DNA of 64,000 nucleotides, taken from contig LSRY02000047.1 of the NCBI GenBank assembly GCA_001643675.2, positions 558,001-622,000 on the forward strand. The letters are read 5' to 3'. The notes under the pieces are model-generated. The model was not told where the DNA came from and ran no database searches. It saw only the letters and a list, made by a program, of their open reading frames with translations. Positions 49,601-58,481 of the stretch are shown piece after piece; positions within the stretch are counted from its first letter, which is position 1, and each line of letters begins with the position of its first letter. Both the position numbers and the translations under genes were made by a program. The stretch is from Monocercomonoides exilis PA203 (lineage: Eukaryota > Protista > Preaxostyla).

Positions 49601-51801
49601 TCAGAGGAGCAATGAGATTTGCAAACTGCACTGTGAAGGAGAACAGAATGAAGAAAGACAAAGGCGATGAGCTTTGTGTGTCCTTCTGCAAAATGGTTGG
49701 TTTGGACTCATGCATTTTCGAGGGAGAAAAGGAAATGGCAGAGGAAGAAGAGATTGAAGAGACAAGAAAGAGAGATGAACTGTGCAAGTGGAATGGATCA
49801 CTTGTTGACACGATAAACAGCACGATTTGTGTGAAATACTCAGAGGTGGCGAATTCTGGGAAAGGAGGGATGTCCATATGGGGTGGGATTGTTTCCATTG
49901 AAAAAAGTGAGTTTGGGAACAACAATCCAGAGGTGCCGGGGTATGGGTCAGCTCGGAGGAATGTGCTGTGCGTAGGAGCAGGGGAGTTGAATGTGATGAG
50001 TCTGAAAGGAGGGGATGGAGTGTTGCCGAATGCATCGCTGTGGATTCTGAACGATGGGTGTGTTGTTGAAGGGGTGGTGACAGACAGAGACTCGTTGTTT
50101 TTCATTCCAGTTTTGGAGGATGTGAAGGTTGAGTGCACAGAAAAGAAATGCGAGGTTGTGTTTTTTGGGCGTGAACTTATGCCTTGTAATTTGTCATTCC
50201 AGGTTGTGTATGCAGCAGGAGACTCGAAACAAATCGAGAAGCATGTGTTTTTGGAGGGGGGATATATTTCAGAATGCGAAGCGCGAGGCACAGTGGAAAA
50301 CACAAAGATGATAACAGCATCTGAGGAGACAGAAGTGTCGGTGTGCATTCTTTTTGGAAACGAAGATTCGCCATCATCAACCGAATCATTTGTTGTGAAG
50401 AACAAAAGTGAATCAAAAACGAACGGAAATGAACGAATTGTTGAAGGAGGAAAAGAAGAGAAATCGTATTGGTTGTTGGTTGTGATTGTAATGGCTGCTG
50501 TACTATTAATAGTTTTGATAGTTTCAATTGCTCTTGCTATTCGGTGGAGAAAACAGAAGAGAAGGACAGAAGAATTAGAAGAGATTGTGAATGATAACAT
50601 CAAAAAGGATCCAAAGGCGTTTGAGATGGTTACGATGGAGATGTCGCCAGAGGAGCAGTGGAGGAGAGCCGAAAGGGAGGCTGAGAAGAAGAATGAAGAG
50701 AAGATCAAGAGGAGGGTGTATGCGAAAAGCTTGGGACATTCTGAATCATCAGAGCATCTTCTTTCTGAGAGTGGCTCAACAGAATATATCTTGGGAAGAG
50801 ACTCAGACAAGATCCCAGAATGGATGCTGGAGAAGGTTGATGAGAAAGAGGATGAAGAGTCAAGAAAGAGAACACCATCACCATCCATTTCATCCACTTC
50901 AACCACAGACACTTCAGATACAGAATCAACATTTGTTCGTGAGGAAGATCTGTGTCCAACCACCTCATCGATGTCGAATCTTGTGGATGCAATGGCATGC
51001 TCGTCTCCTCACGAGAAGCTGATTGTAGATCTGAGGGATTCGCTGTTTATGTTGTTGCACGGGCTGAATAAGACAAAAGAGATGGCGATTGGCTCTTTGA
51101 AAGAAAGAGAGATGACAGCTGCTCAAATCCTGTTCTGGGTGGCTAATCTCGCTCTTCACTCGTTTGATGAAATGGAAAATGAATTATCTTCTCTTGCCGA
51201 TCTGAGTCCGCACATTGTGCTGTTCTCCGAACACATGGTGATTTGCATTGTGTTGCATTCAGATCTTTTATCAGATGACTCAGATTCTTCATCCATCTCT
51301 TTATCGACTGTTGTGACTTCTGCCAGCGATGATGATGATGATAGTGACTCCCTTCCCTCATCAGCGTTTGAGGATGAGGATGAACTCAAAAAAGAGTGCC
51401 TGAGGTGGAAGGCACCAGAACTGATGATGAACAAGAAGACAGGAGCAACGAAGCAGTCAGTTTCATTCTCGATTGGAATGATGCTGTGGGAGTGTTTGAC
51501 ATTGAATATTCCCTTTGGGGAGTATGAAGCAGAAATAGCTGGAGACAAGATCGTGAAAGGAGAAAGACCATGTGTGGAGGGAATTCAAAGCTCAAAGCAT
51601 TTGCAAGCAGTTATTTCGTGCACTTCAGGGAATTCTGAAGACAGACCCACATTGGCTGATCTGAAGCGCCACTTTATCCAGTGTTTCCCAGCAAATGCAG
51701 TGCTGATCACAGTTTCAGATGCCGTTATCGATGAAGAAGATTCTGATGATGAACAAGTGGGCAGTGACAACAACGAAAGCTGTGGGCAATCGGAATCTTG
51801 A
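43693..51801 (+). CDS. Type I membrane protein with a Cys-rich beta-helix (pectin-lyase/Pmp-like) ectodomain, one TM helix and a degenerate TKL-like kinase C-lobe (2,702 aa)
   Basis: The ATG at 43693 gives a signal-peptide-like start. GGAI and FxxN repeats follow, then the TM segment YWLLVVIVMAAVLLIVLIVSIALAI plus RWRKQKRR (about 50467-50565). The tail contains LRWKAPEL, SFSIGMMLWECLT..PF, KGERP and DRPT. Confidence 0.9.
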   Translation: MRWQCFVLYLVQSYCIAQQHSLQLNEQLSSSGLLEQIDHHNSLYSSGNFCNNERNSFLLRIKSSDWSEMKASVKLRNASLEVRKGCFTPKEQEHVVHLEGKSLLVLNDCKITFCGRSQKSLICHQGGNIHLRDISFCFADCHAISVQPVVLSPRDHSSAVGDGNLIVEKSAFSCFELKQGPFLHSESISSVSLTQTLFFNISTAVTNRQSNICTENAFTSTLSNCVFCNVDDAIYGRIVASMNSQQAQLFIANCSFVRCFHSSNARNASSHAVISSSISFISTDFESCSGENGGAITADDRPSLALCIVDCTFKNCTASSRAGAIFVNCSMCVHIKQSNFSGNSASDRGTTEFLNVSTGFYVGDCHFEFGKTTSGNHALIVTTYIGATSCGCVCPNEPSRHCASSSSSFSSGITGFSLKKEQTERIIPQKRNDEKGSLVERCSFQYGLAANVGGAGSIQDSGNPFSMRECDFQHNRAKGSYLGCLELIIKKDSFLPRTWLSFCFFYNNSVSGGLGNDVYLNHFSEYTLTSELLFNCFTTEKSAKSVSNSTHDFSDWFGETLIERYVSTSGSDNKSMCGKSESDSCLTIGYATSQFVNWMDCGIHLLRGRYEQEGTTIEVGEKRIGIRGKGRADTTISSRLLENGKEALWLVNEGRLAMESLTFVRVCEEERHEMQRMVVLKTATGDGRIDLNDMRIEGGKATESLSFSAPLLEAKGGKMSLNNVECTSMRSSVPLLSLSEGGLLEMNLCNICSIESVGDCPSVVDGLATKGMISCSECVFEGCLGRMSKKGGCMKFTVDADNEAILLNGTSFDGCEASTEVDDETKSGRGGGMYLDATLGSGIRMIELQFSVNKATCGRDIYFVCEDLRVSVTQLMFPFWSSIENKENSLFGRDDQVARGCDVDLFVFLSGFLGKEVYVGQSGEDATYCGHVLYPCKTLDEGMKHLGSVEGDGRIVVKENGVCGKQLNISGVSVKGVVSSETVGIELHESLSGSEKDVLVSEADATWESVDLLLPSSFISPEGVESLLNSRDGVLKMDSFSFLSLTPQQKVGFCLVKADGGSVEMISVKVIGKQGVLSFASSPFACSSSVGEWKMTKCLVGNVKVEGGSMLCIAYSSPQSECKVLMQNCTITSVENTNGEACVLNTMLNVQTTMIVELDAVVFEGCKSAKSERGGALGMSMGCGSSLKVVNDSQFGGCECSSESGKGGGVYVECKSDGEEYFFSSVVFGDTNKAKQGKNVFVMSDKLNSSVSILHFGKWICTWKEEQNVFVGSDEHFGEGVDLSLFLFEHFAPEIWVSSENGYDAIGCGDNRVMCGTVGFGMGQLLSGESEGSQKTLSLMDENWMKEEMELDDHQIESGLENEKTDLVVSCEVSGSREDAVLVSGKGRLRMLSISLGCALSERKSVLFAVNQQKSELCVERCDFAKQDGASGMNFNLIRQSSGKVEIIGCVIDELTMGASAFVVGGGSSYFGMNGTKVMKVEFEEGCALEIEDGSKQNGAEELGVGIEGCTFTSVQQTGVEEKRKPSIVDSHVLRSGYSFVVLNSSFEGCSSAEEREGGVLHCEYERGMKFEIKDSNGTSCSAVKGKGGFLFLDCHGEGELGFLLNNTLFRSNMAVKGRDVFVVCHMISAQINEGQFVFRMDEGVFNRTDALYGRDSTLGEEDEDINLIGYVLFYRSDTVYVSSAKFDETRMCGSVTAPCRTVDVGNEHVQGDYDRRILIEGCVPIEGWMRAENVVLQRKGKGEGMVVLMIGAEDEAESVISCSGDVMLQGLSVVFSEQSLIGKQSSVLLCEENGELSVASCSFGQMKVGEEGSGNRLNIPFSLVKCVGGNVLMSSVNIEGLAFEKSVLVFSEGSALKVLGLNCFDAVLCRSFVASRECKMTLDGINISGIIAEASIFEMQGVNGEVSIEKMVMKNVELRNGSIVDIQEAKPEREQEEENNEPVAMMSVFEYANITSSHSESAVIMCNGFRGAMRFANCTVKENRMKKDKGDELCVSFCKMVGLDSCIFEGEKEMAEEEEIEETRKRDELCKWNGSLVDTINSTICVKYSEVANSGKGGMSIWGGIVSIEKSEFGNNNPEVPGYGSARRNVLCVGAGELNVMSLKGGDGVLPNASLWILNDGCVVEGVVTDRDSLFFIPVLEDVKVECTEKKCEVVFFGRELMPCNLSFQVVYAAGDSKQIEKHVFLEGGYISECEARGTVENTKMITASEETEVSVCILFGNEDSPSSTESFVVKNKSESKTNGNERIVEGGKEEKSYWLLVVIVMAAVLLIVLIVSIALAIRWRKQKRRTEELEEIVNDNIKKDPKAFEMVTMEMSPEEQWRRAEREAEKKNEEKIKRRVYAKSLGHSESSEHLLSESGSTEYILGRDSDKIPEWMLEKVDEKEDEESRKRTPSPSISSTSTTDTSDTESTFVREEDLCPTTSSMSNLVDAMACSSPHEKLIVDLRDSLFMLLHGLNKTKEMAIGSLKEREMTAAQILFWVANLALHSFDEMENELSSLADLSPHIVLFSEHMVICIVLHSDLLSDDSDSSSISLSTVVTSASDDDDDSDSLPSSAFEDEDELKKECLRWKAPELMMNKKTGATKQSVSFSIGMMLWECLTLNIPFGEYEAEIAGDKIVKGERPCVEGIQSSKHLQAVISCTSGNSEDRPTLADLKRHFIQCFPANAVLITVSDAVIDEEDSDDEQVGSDNNESCGQSES

Positions 51802-52811
51802 AATATGCAGATTTCGCAATTGCACATTTCTGGAATGAAACAATATTTTCAAATTGACAAAAAGACACGAGAGTGTATTTGCTTCGAAGATGAAACATGA
51901 GATTGAAAAGAATTATCCTTGCGGGAAATCATTTTGGGCATATAAAAAAAAAGTTTTTTCAATAGAGAATTACAAGAATCATGTGAAATCGTATAATTAT
52001 TATTGTCAAAAGTTTAATCATCACTCAATCATTGTCATAATATCATTGAAATTTCTGAATGTGTTACCCGTTTTGCAAGCTCATCGAAAAAGGAATTTGT
52101 TTGAATTTTGTCCAGGAAACATCAAATGTCAACAGCCTTTGCTTGGATTTGTGTTCAAAAATGCAAATTCTCAAAAGTTCTATTGCATTAATTGATCGTT
52201 CCAAAATTGTTTATCTTTATTTCTCAAGGGAGTCATGATTAAATTTGACATTTCTTGCTCATTCACTTCACATTTAATCCCATTTCAACAAAACAATAAA
52301 TAAAATTCTCAATATTTTCAAAGGTCTTTAAAAAAGACTTTTCCATCTTTCAACGGTCCAGATTCTTGAGTGAAAATTGAATTTGTTGAAGAAAAAAAGG
52401 TTGTTGCCAAAAATAAAATAGAAAATGGACTTCAATGACTAGGTAGTTTATCAATATGCATATTTGCAAGAGCATAACATCTCAACATCCAAAGAAGATT
52501 GACACAAAACAATACGCAGTTGCATTGTCTGCTGTTGTGTGCCAAACACTGCTTTGATTCTGAAACATCAGCGCACAAGCAAGCCGAAAGAAATCAGCAT
52601 GGTTTTGCAATCAGATGCAAATAAATGATAAACGGTTTTGCAGGGGAAAATGAGAAAAAAAGAAAAATTAAATGAAAAATTTAAAAAGAAAAAAAATTAA
52701 AAGTGTAGAATAGAAACGCATGAACGGAAATTTTTCGATTTAAAAGGGAAGAAAGAAAATAAGCAAAGAAGCAAAATTTCAATGAAAAGAGTTCCATCTC
52801 CTCTTTCACTT

Positions 52812-54181
52812 CTACCAACAGATTGCCTGTAACGATCTATGGCCAGGATTTGTAAAACCCGATATTTTTGAGAATCCAAAAACGCGGCACGATGATTTTT
52901 TGCCAAATAGATGAAACTGGAAACATAGCATTCATCCAAACAAGAACATTTAGAAAATCATTAAAAAATCAGGAAAAAAATGAAGAAAGAGAATTATGGA
53001 GGGAAAATGGGATTTAGCTATTTCAATAAAACTGCACAAATCATACCCCCAAAACCACATTCTTTGGAAAGTTGCACAAATACACGTCTTGAAGCACTCC
53101 ATTGATGTAAAAATGAGCTTCGGATGTTTCTTTCCCGCAATTTTCGGGAATAAACAATTCAATCGAAACAATATCACTATTACCATAACTTTTCATGCAC
53201 TTTGTCAGATATCCACCATGTGCAACGCTTCCTCTAATTTTGATGCAAATGGAAATAATAATCGAAATCATCATAAATGTTAAAAAGAAAATTTATCAAT
53301 GTGTTATTTGAAACATATGGCCAATAAGCATAGGGCAGAGAAAGAATGAGAAAGAGAAGAATTAGCAACAAAAATTACGTTTGTAGCATTTCTTAAAATG
53401 AAGCACACCTATTTTGATATCCAAAAGAATTTTTATCTTCACCCAATCTGCTGCGCTTGGTAGATAAACTATCTCTTCGGATCAGACCAATTCCAACAAT
53501 AAAAGCAGGATTAATTTTGAAAGAGAACGAACTGAATTCAATAAAAGCATCCAGAGATAAGAAATTGATATTGATATTGTAATTGAAATTTAGATAAATC
53601 ATGAACAATGTTTGGTTAATATTCTGAATGAAGCAGAAGACACACCATTCCCAAAACCCCTGGCAAAATGGAGCAATTCACAAAAGACAGAACAAAATGC
53701 ACCAGCAACATAAGAAATAAAACGCATATGAAACAATCAACAATTTAAGAGAATGAAAGGCAGACATATCAAATAATAAATAGAACAGCGAACAAATTGC
53801 ATTTCCAAACAAAAAAATGGCACAATTTCTAATAAATAGCATTAGAAAATAAATACACATAATTATATATCCATTCACTCACTTACTCATTCATTTACTC
53901 ACTCTAATTCGCACACTTTGCTCAAAGTCTTGTCAACAGTCACCAGAAAGTTTCTATCAGACGCCAAGCACATTGCAGTGTCTTCATAAATGCTCAAAAA
54001 AGGCACGTTGCTTTTGTCTGTTTGCAGCCGTAATGTACTTTTCAAATAAACAATCGAAATATCTTCATCTTCATCTTGAACAACATGGATTTCGTATGTA
54101 TCGTCTTCAAAATGAGACGAAGAAGAAGAAGAAGAAGAAGAAGAAGAAGAAGAAGAAGAAGAAGAAGAAGAAGAAGAAGAA

Positions 54182-54228
<47 letters not shown>

Positions 54229-55824
54229 GCCTATATGAAGAAAAGAAGGGGGAAGATTGGGAATGATAGGAGGAAGATTGGCAGAAGGGAGTAAAAGAAT
54301 AGTTTGAGGATGAGATGAAGAAGAAGAAGAAGTCTGTTCCTTGCTTTCCAAAAAATTATCCTCTTCCATCGTTTTTTGTTGTGTCTTTATCTCTTTGGCA
54401 TCACTACAATTTTTGCTGGCTGCTCGCTCTTTGTGAAGTAATTGACGTTCCTGCTCCTGTTGTCTTTCCATCAAATTCATCTTCGCCTTCAGATCTTCGT
54501 TAATTTCAGTCAGCAATTTTACCTTCTTCTCAATCTCTTCTTTTTCTTGTTTCAAAAGAGCCACAGATGCACTCATATCTGTAGCGTTGCTCTTCGTCTC
54601 TCTCGTCGGTTGTTCAGTTCTTTCATCTTTTTGTGTGCTTTGTGAGTAATCTCTGTGTTTCTGACTGTCTTCCTTTGAGTCTTTGAAGCGGTTTTCAATA
54701 CTACGATGTGTTTGTTTGTACATTTCCAGTTTCGTCTTGTCTTGTCTTGGAAGTTTAGACATCACACTCGGATAAGTTAGCACGTCGATCAAGTCTAATT
54801 CGCTGTCTGGGTTGTGGATTAGCAAAATCGATATTAGCGACACAATCCCTTTGTCAATTGAATCCCTGAAGTGATTCTCAACAAATCTCCTTGAGCCATT
54901 CAATGACAATTCATCCAAATCATTTGATGACAAAGGATGGAGCGTGCACAATTCAAAGAGCACCATTCCAAGTTGCCTGAGATCGGTTGCTGAGTCTGAA
55001 AACGCTTGAACAGCCGATGAAGATGAACTCGAAGACGAAGCGGATGCTTGTCCCGACGCAGATGATGGCTTCTTGATTCGTAATTCTCCTGATTGATAAA
55101 ATCAAAAAACGTTTTCACATTTAGATTTGTGTTGAATATTTAAAAAAAAAAGGAAAAACTTTTTCACATGCCTAGTTTCACGTGTCCATCAGGCGTCAGA
55201 CGAATGTTGTTCGAATGAATGTTACCATGCTTCAAACCCATCTTGACATATTCAAAAAGCCCCAGCAAAAGTTCTGTAATGATAGTCCACAATTCCTTCA
55301 ACAAATGAAAAAATTAAAAATTGATTTTTTATGATAATATTATTTTATAAATTGCAAATTAAATCTTGTTGATAAATGCAAAATGCAAACTTCATTAGAA
55401 TAGCATTCCTCTTCCTTTTTTCTCTTCTGAATATCATCTTTCAGGAAAGTTCCTTCACAGTGCTCAAAAATAATGAAAAATTCGTTATCATCATCAAATG
55501 TTGATTCTACAATATTTTCAGTATATGGACTTTTGATTGTTTTCGCTTTCGAAAGCTTCAAGTTAATTTGTTCATTTGCTAAACAAAATTTGTCTTCAAA
55601 ATGGAAATGCTTCAAAATGTTCTTTTCTCCATTTTCTTTCATTGTGCTGAACACTCTGCACTCATCAACATTCCTCAAAAACTTCACGGATTTATCTTTC
55701 AAAGTGTAATGCACAGATAAATTTATAGGTGAGTCAAAATTAGCAACTTTGCAAAAACAAAAAACTGCAAACATTTATCCAATAAAAATTGTTCAAATCT
55801 CTTTTCTTCTTTAGATTTCGCCAT
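52812..55824 (-). CDS. NEK-like pseudokinase + coiled coil + poly-Ser + SPRY/B30.2-like domain (8 exons, about 693 aa)
   Basis: Exons 55824-55773, 55695-55391, 55295-55172, 55088-53917, 53659-53646, 53531-53409, 53233-53047 and 52916-52812 are all phase-compatible. Kinase remnants are FIIFEHCEG, HGNIHSNNI, HVKLG and DLRQLGMVLFELCTL. SPRY-like motifs are GFWE, VGIG, LGEDKNSFGY, YGNSDIVSIEL and HFYING. Confidence 0.8.
54120..54227. repeat. Pure (GAA)n then (GAT)n trinucleotide array encoding poly-Ser on the minus strand
   Basis: Directly visible within exon 4 of the NEK-SPRY gene. Confidence 0.9.
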
Positions 55825-56244
55825 CAAAGCTATCTTACGTTTGTAAATAAAACATTTAACAAAAATATGCAGAATAACGTGTACAAAAGCATTTATTGAT
55901 CCATCAAACTTTGTTAAAGACAATATAATGGTTGGATTTATTAAAAGATGAGTGTGAATGTTTATAAAAAAAAATTTTTAAAAATGTACTTTTTATTATT
56001 TGAAATAGTAGATTTCGTATGTGTTATTGTTCCCCATATCATCAAAGCAAAAAGAAATATATCGTTTTTCGTTTTCAACTGATTTATTGATATGTTTGTT
56101 TGCTTGCTTGCTTGCTTGGCATAACAATGTTATTCATATAACTATTTAAAAACTTAAAAAGTTTTGAACAAATCACGAATTTTTTCACAAATTCCAGAAT
56201 CTCTCCATTTGTTTGCTCCTTTTCGAAACTTTTTTTTGTTTATA

Positions 56245-57221
56245 GTCATATTTTTATTAGAACCCAGTTTTTTATTAGATCCTAAAATTTTTTATCTCAT
56301 ATTGCTTCACATAGAAGCTTTCATTCAATAAAAATAATTTTAAAACAAATAATATATTATTATAATGTTGCATGCCAAATATTTTTGAAAATTATTTCTT
56401 TGAAAAAAAGATCTGAATTTTTTAAGTTTTATTTTTAGATCAATGTTTTGCTCGTGTTTCCATGAGTTTTTGAAACCAAGCATTTTCCTTGTTAGCATTG
56501 TTTTTAAACTTTTCTTTTTAACATTTTTGGTTATTTTATAAATATTGTAACTCTTTTTTTTCAATAGTTTTCACACATCACCTTTTTTTTGTAAAACTGT
56601 AATTTTGAAGAAATCTATTGTTATTTTTTGAATTAATCATGCATGCATGAAAAACAAATTAGTATTACAAATAATAAAAGTAGTGAGAAATAAAATTAAA
56701 AAGTATTTCAATCAAAAAATAAAAAAGTTGATATTTTGTTTTTCACGTTTTCCTTCTTGAACACAAAAAATTATTTATGAAGGCTTTGCCATATAATATT
56801 ACACATAATATAATATAATTCAAACATAATCAATTTTGCAAATAATTATTTCCATTGTTGATATTTTCGTTTTACAAAAAAAAGGTGATGTGTGAAAACT
56901 ATTGAAAAAAAAGAGTTACAATATTTATAAAATAACCAAAAATGTTAAAAAGAAAAGTTTAAAAACAATGCTAACAAGGAAAATGCTTGGTTTCAAAAAC
57001 TCATGGAAACACGAGCAAAACATTGATCTAAAAATAAAACTTAAAAAATTCAGATCTTTTTTTCAAAGAAATAATTTTCAAAAATATTTGGCATGCAACA
57101 TTATAATAATATATTATTTGTTTTAAAATTATTTTTATTGAATGAAAGCTTCTATGTGAAGCAATATGAGATAAAAAATTTTAGGATCTAATAAAAAACT
57201 GGGTACTAATAAAAATATGAC
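56245..57221. repeat. Large inverted repeat: 353-bp arms (56245-56597 and 56869-57221) with a 271-bp spacer
   Basis: Identical 74-aa spurious ORFs occur on opposite strands (56340-56564 and 56902-57126). One mismatch was seen near the outer end. Confidence 0.95.
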
Positions 57222-57700
57222 CCTATTCATTTCTTCGATTTTCAGATTTTGCTCAACATAGTAGCAAGATTTCATCTCAGAAAATATTTCTTGATAATAA
57301 AGAAAACACTTCAAAAATAAAATGATATTTTGAGATATTTTGTGCAAACTGCAATACTTATCATCATATGACATCTACAGCTTTTCTAAAGTCATTTCAA
57401 TTGAATAAATTTAGCGATTTTTTCTAATTTCAAAGTTGAGATACATACAAGCAGCAAACCAGTCTTCAGCGAAATAACTTTATTCAAATGACAAAAAAAA
57501 AGTTGTGTAAACTTAAAAAAAAGTAGTTTATCTATTTGCAAACCGTTTGGTTTCAAGTTTTTTAACAAACAAATATGGGACAAATTATTTGTCTTTTTAA
57601 ATATGATTCCAATATTTTTGAATAATTTTTGCCATTCAATTGTTTTTTAATATTGATTAGCTATTAATGTTTGACCTCTTTTTTCATTAAAGAAAAGAAT

Positions 57701-57701
<1 letters not shown>

Positions 57702-57740
<39 letters not shown>

Positions 57741-57758
57741 ATGATGATGATGATGATG
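57702..57758. repeat. poly(T) of about 38 nt followed by (GAT)n
   Basis: Directly visible. Confidence 0.85.
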
Positions 57759-58481
57759 TTTTTCCAAAAATGCATATAACATGACAATTATACATATTCA
57801 AGGATTTTCTTTTTTTTCAAATTTAAGTTCCATCTTGGTCAAGCAATAAAATGGATCTAAATTGCTTTTTCTAAAGAGCATTCTTTATTAAATATTCCCA
57901 ATATTATTTTTTGATTAAGTAAATACATTAATAAATGAATTGACAATTAAATTGAATTATTACTATTGATGACATCTGGTTAACAAGATTATTTTTCTTA
58001 CTTACAGGCATGTTCATAATTCTTCTTTACAAAATAAATTCTTATTTCCATAAGCAAAAGAAAAAATCGGAGAATAATATATGGAATAAAGAAAAGAATT
58101 GCTTTAAAAATAAAATAAAACAGAATAGGATGGGATAAAATAGAATAAAATAAAATAAATGGAAATAGCTGAATTTCAAGCAGACACACAAAACAGTCAA
58201 TGCTGTTGTTCAACGGATTTCCTCGGTTCACACAAGTTTATCAACAACAATTATTAACAGCTTGCACAAGAGAAAAAACAAGTCATCAAAACTTTAATAA
58301 TCATCAAAAATTGATCGTTCAAAAAATGCTCCTACACGTAATAAAAATTAAAGTTTCTAAAAAATACGCATAAAAATAAAATTCGTTCAATATAAATATT
58401 AAATGCTAACTTTAAATTCCATCGCATTCAAAAAGTATTTCTTTATTCATTTTCTTTTTCTTTTTTTTTTTTTCTTAATTT

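Noticed and set aside
43821-51827. Long antisense ORFs (e.g. 465 aa at 49566-50963) inside the receptor gene
   Set aside because: They are codon-bias shadows with no independent motifs.
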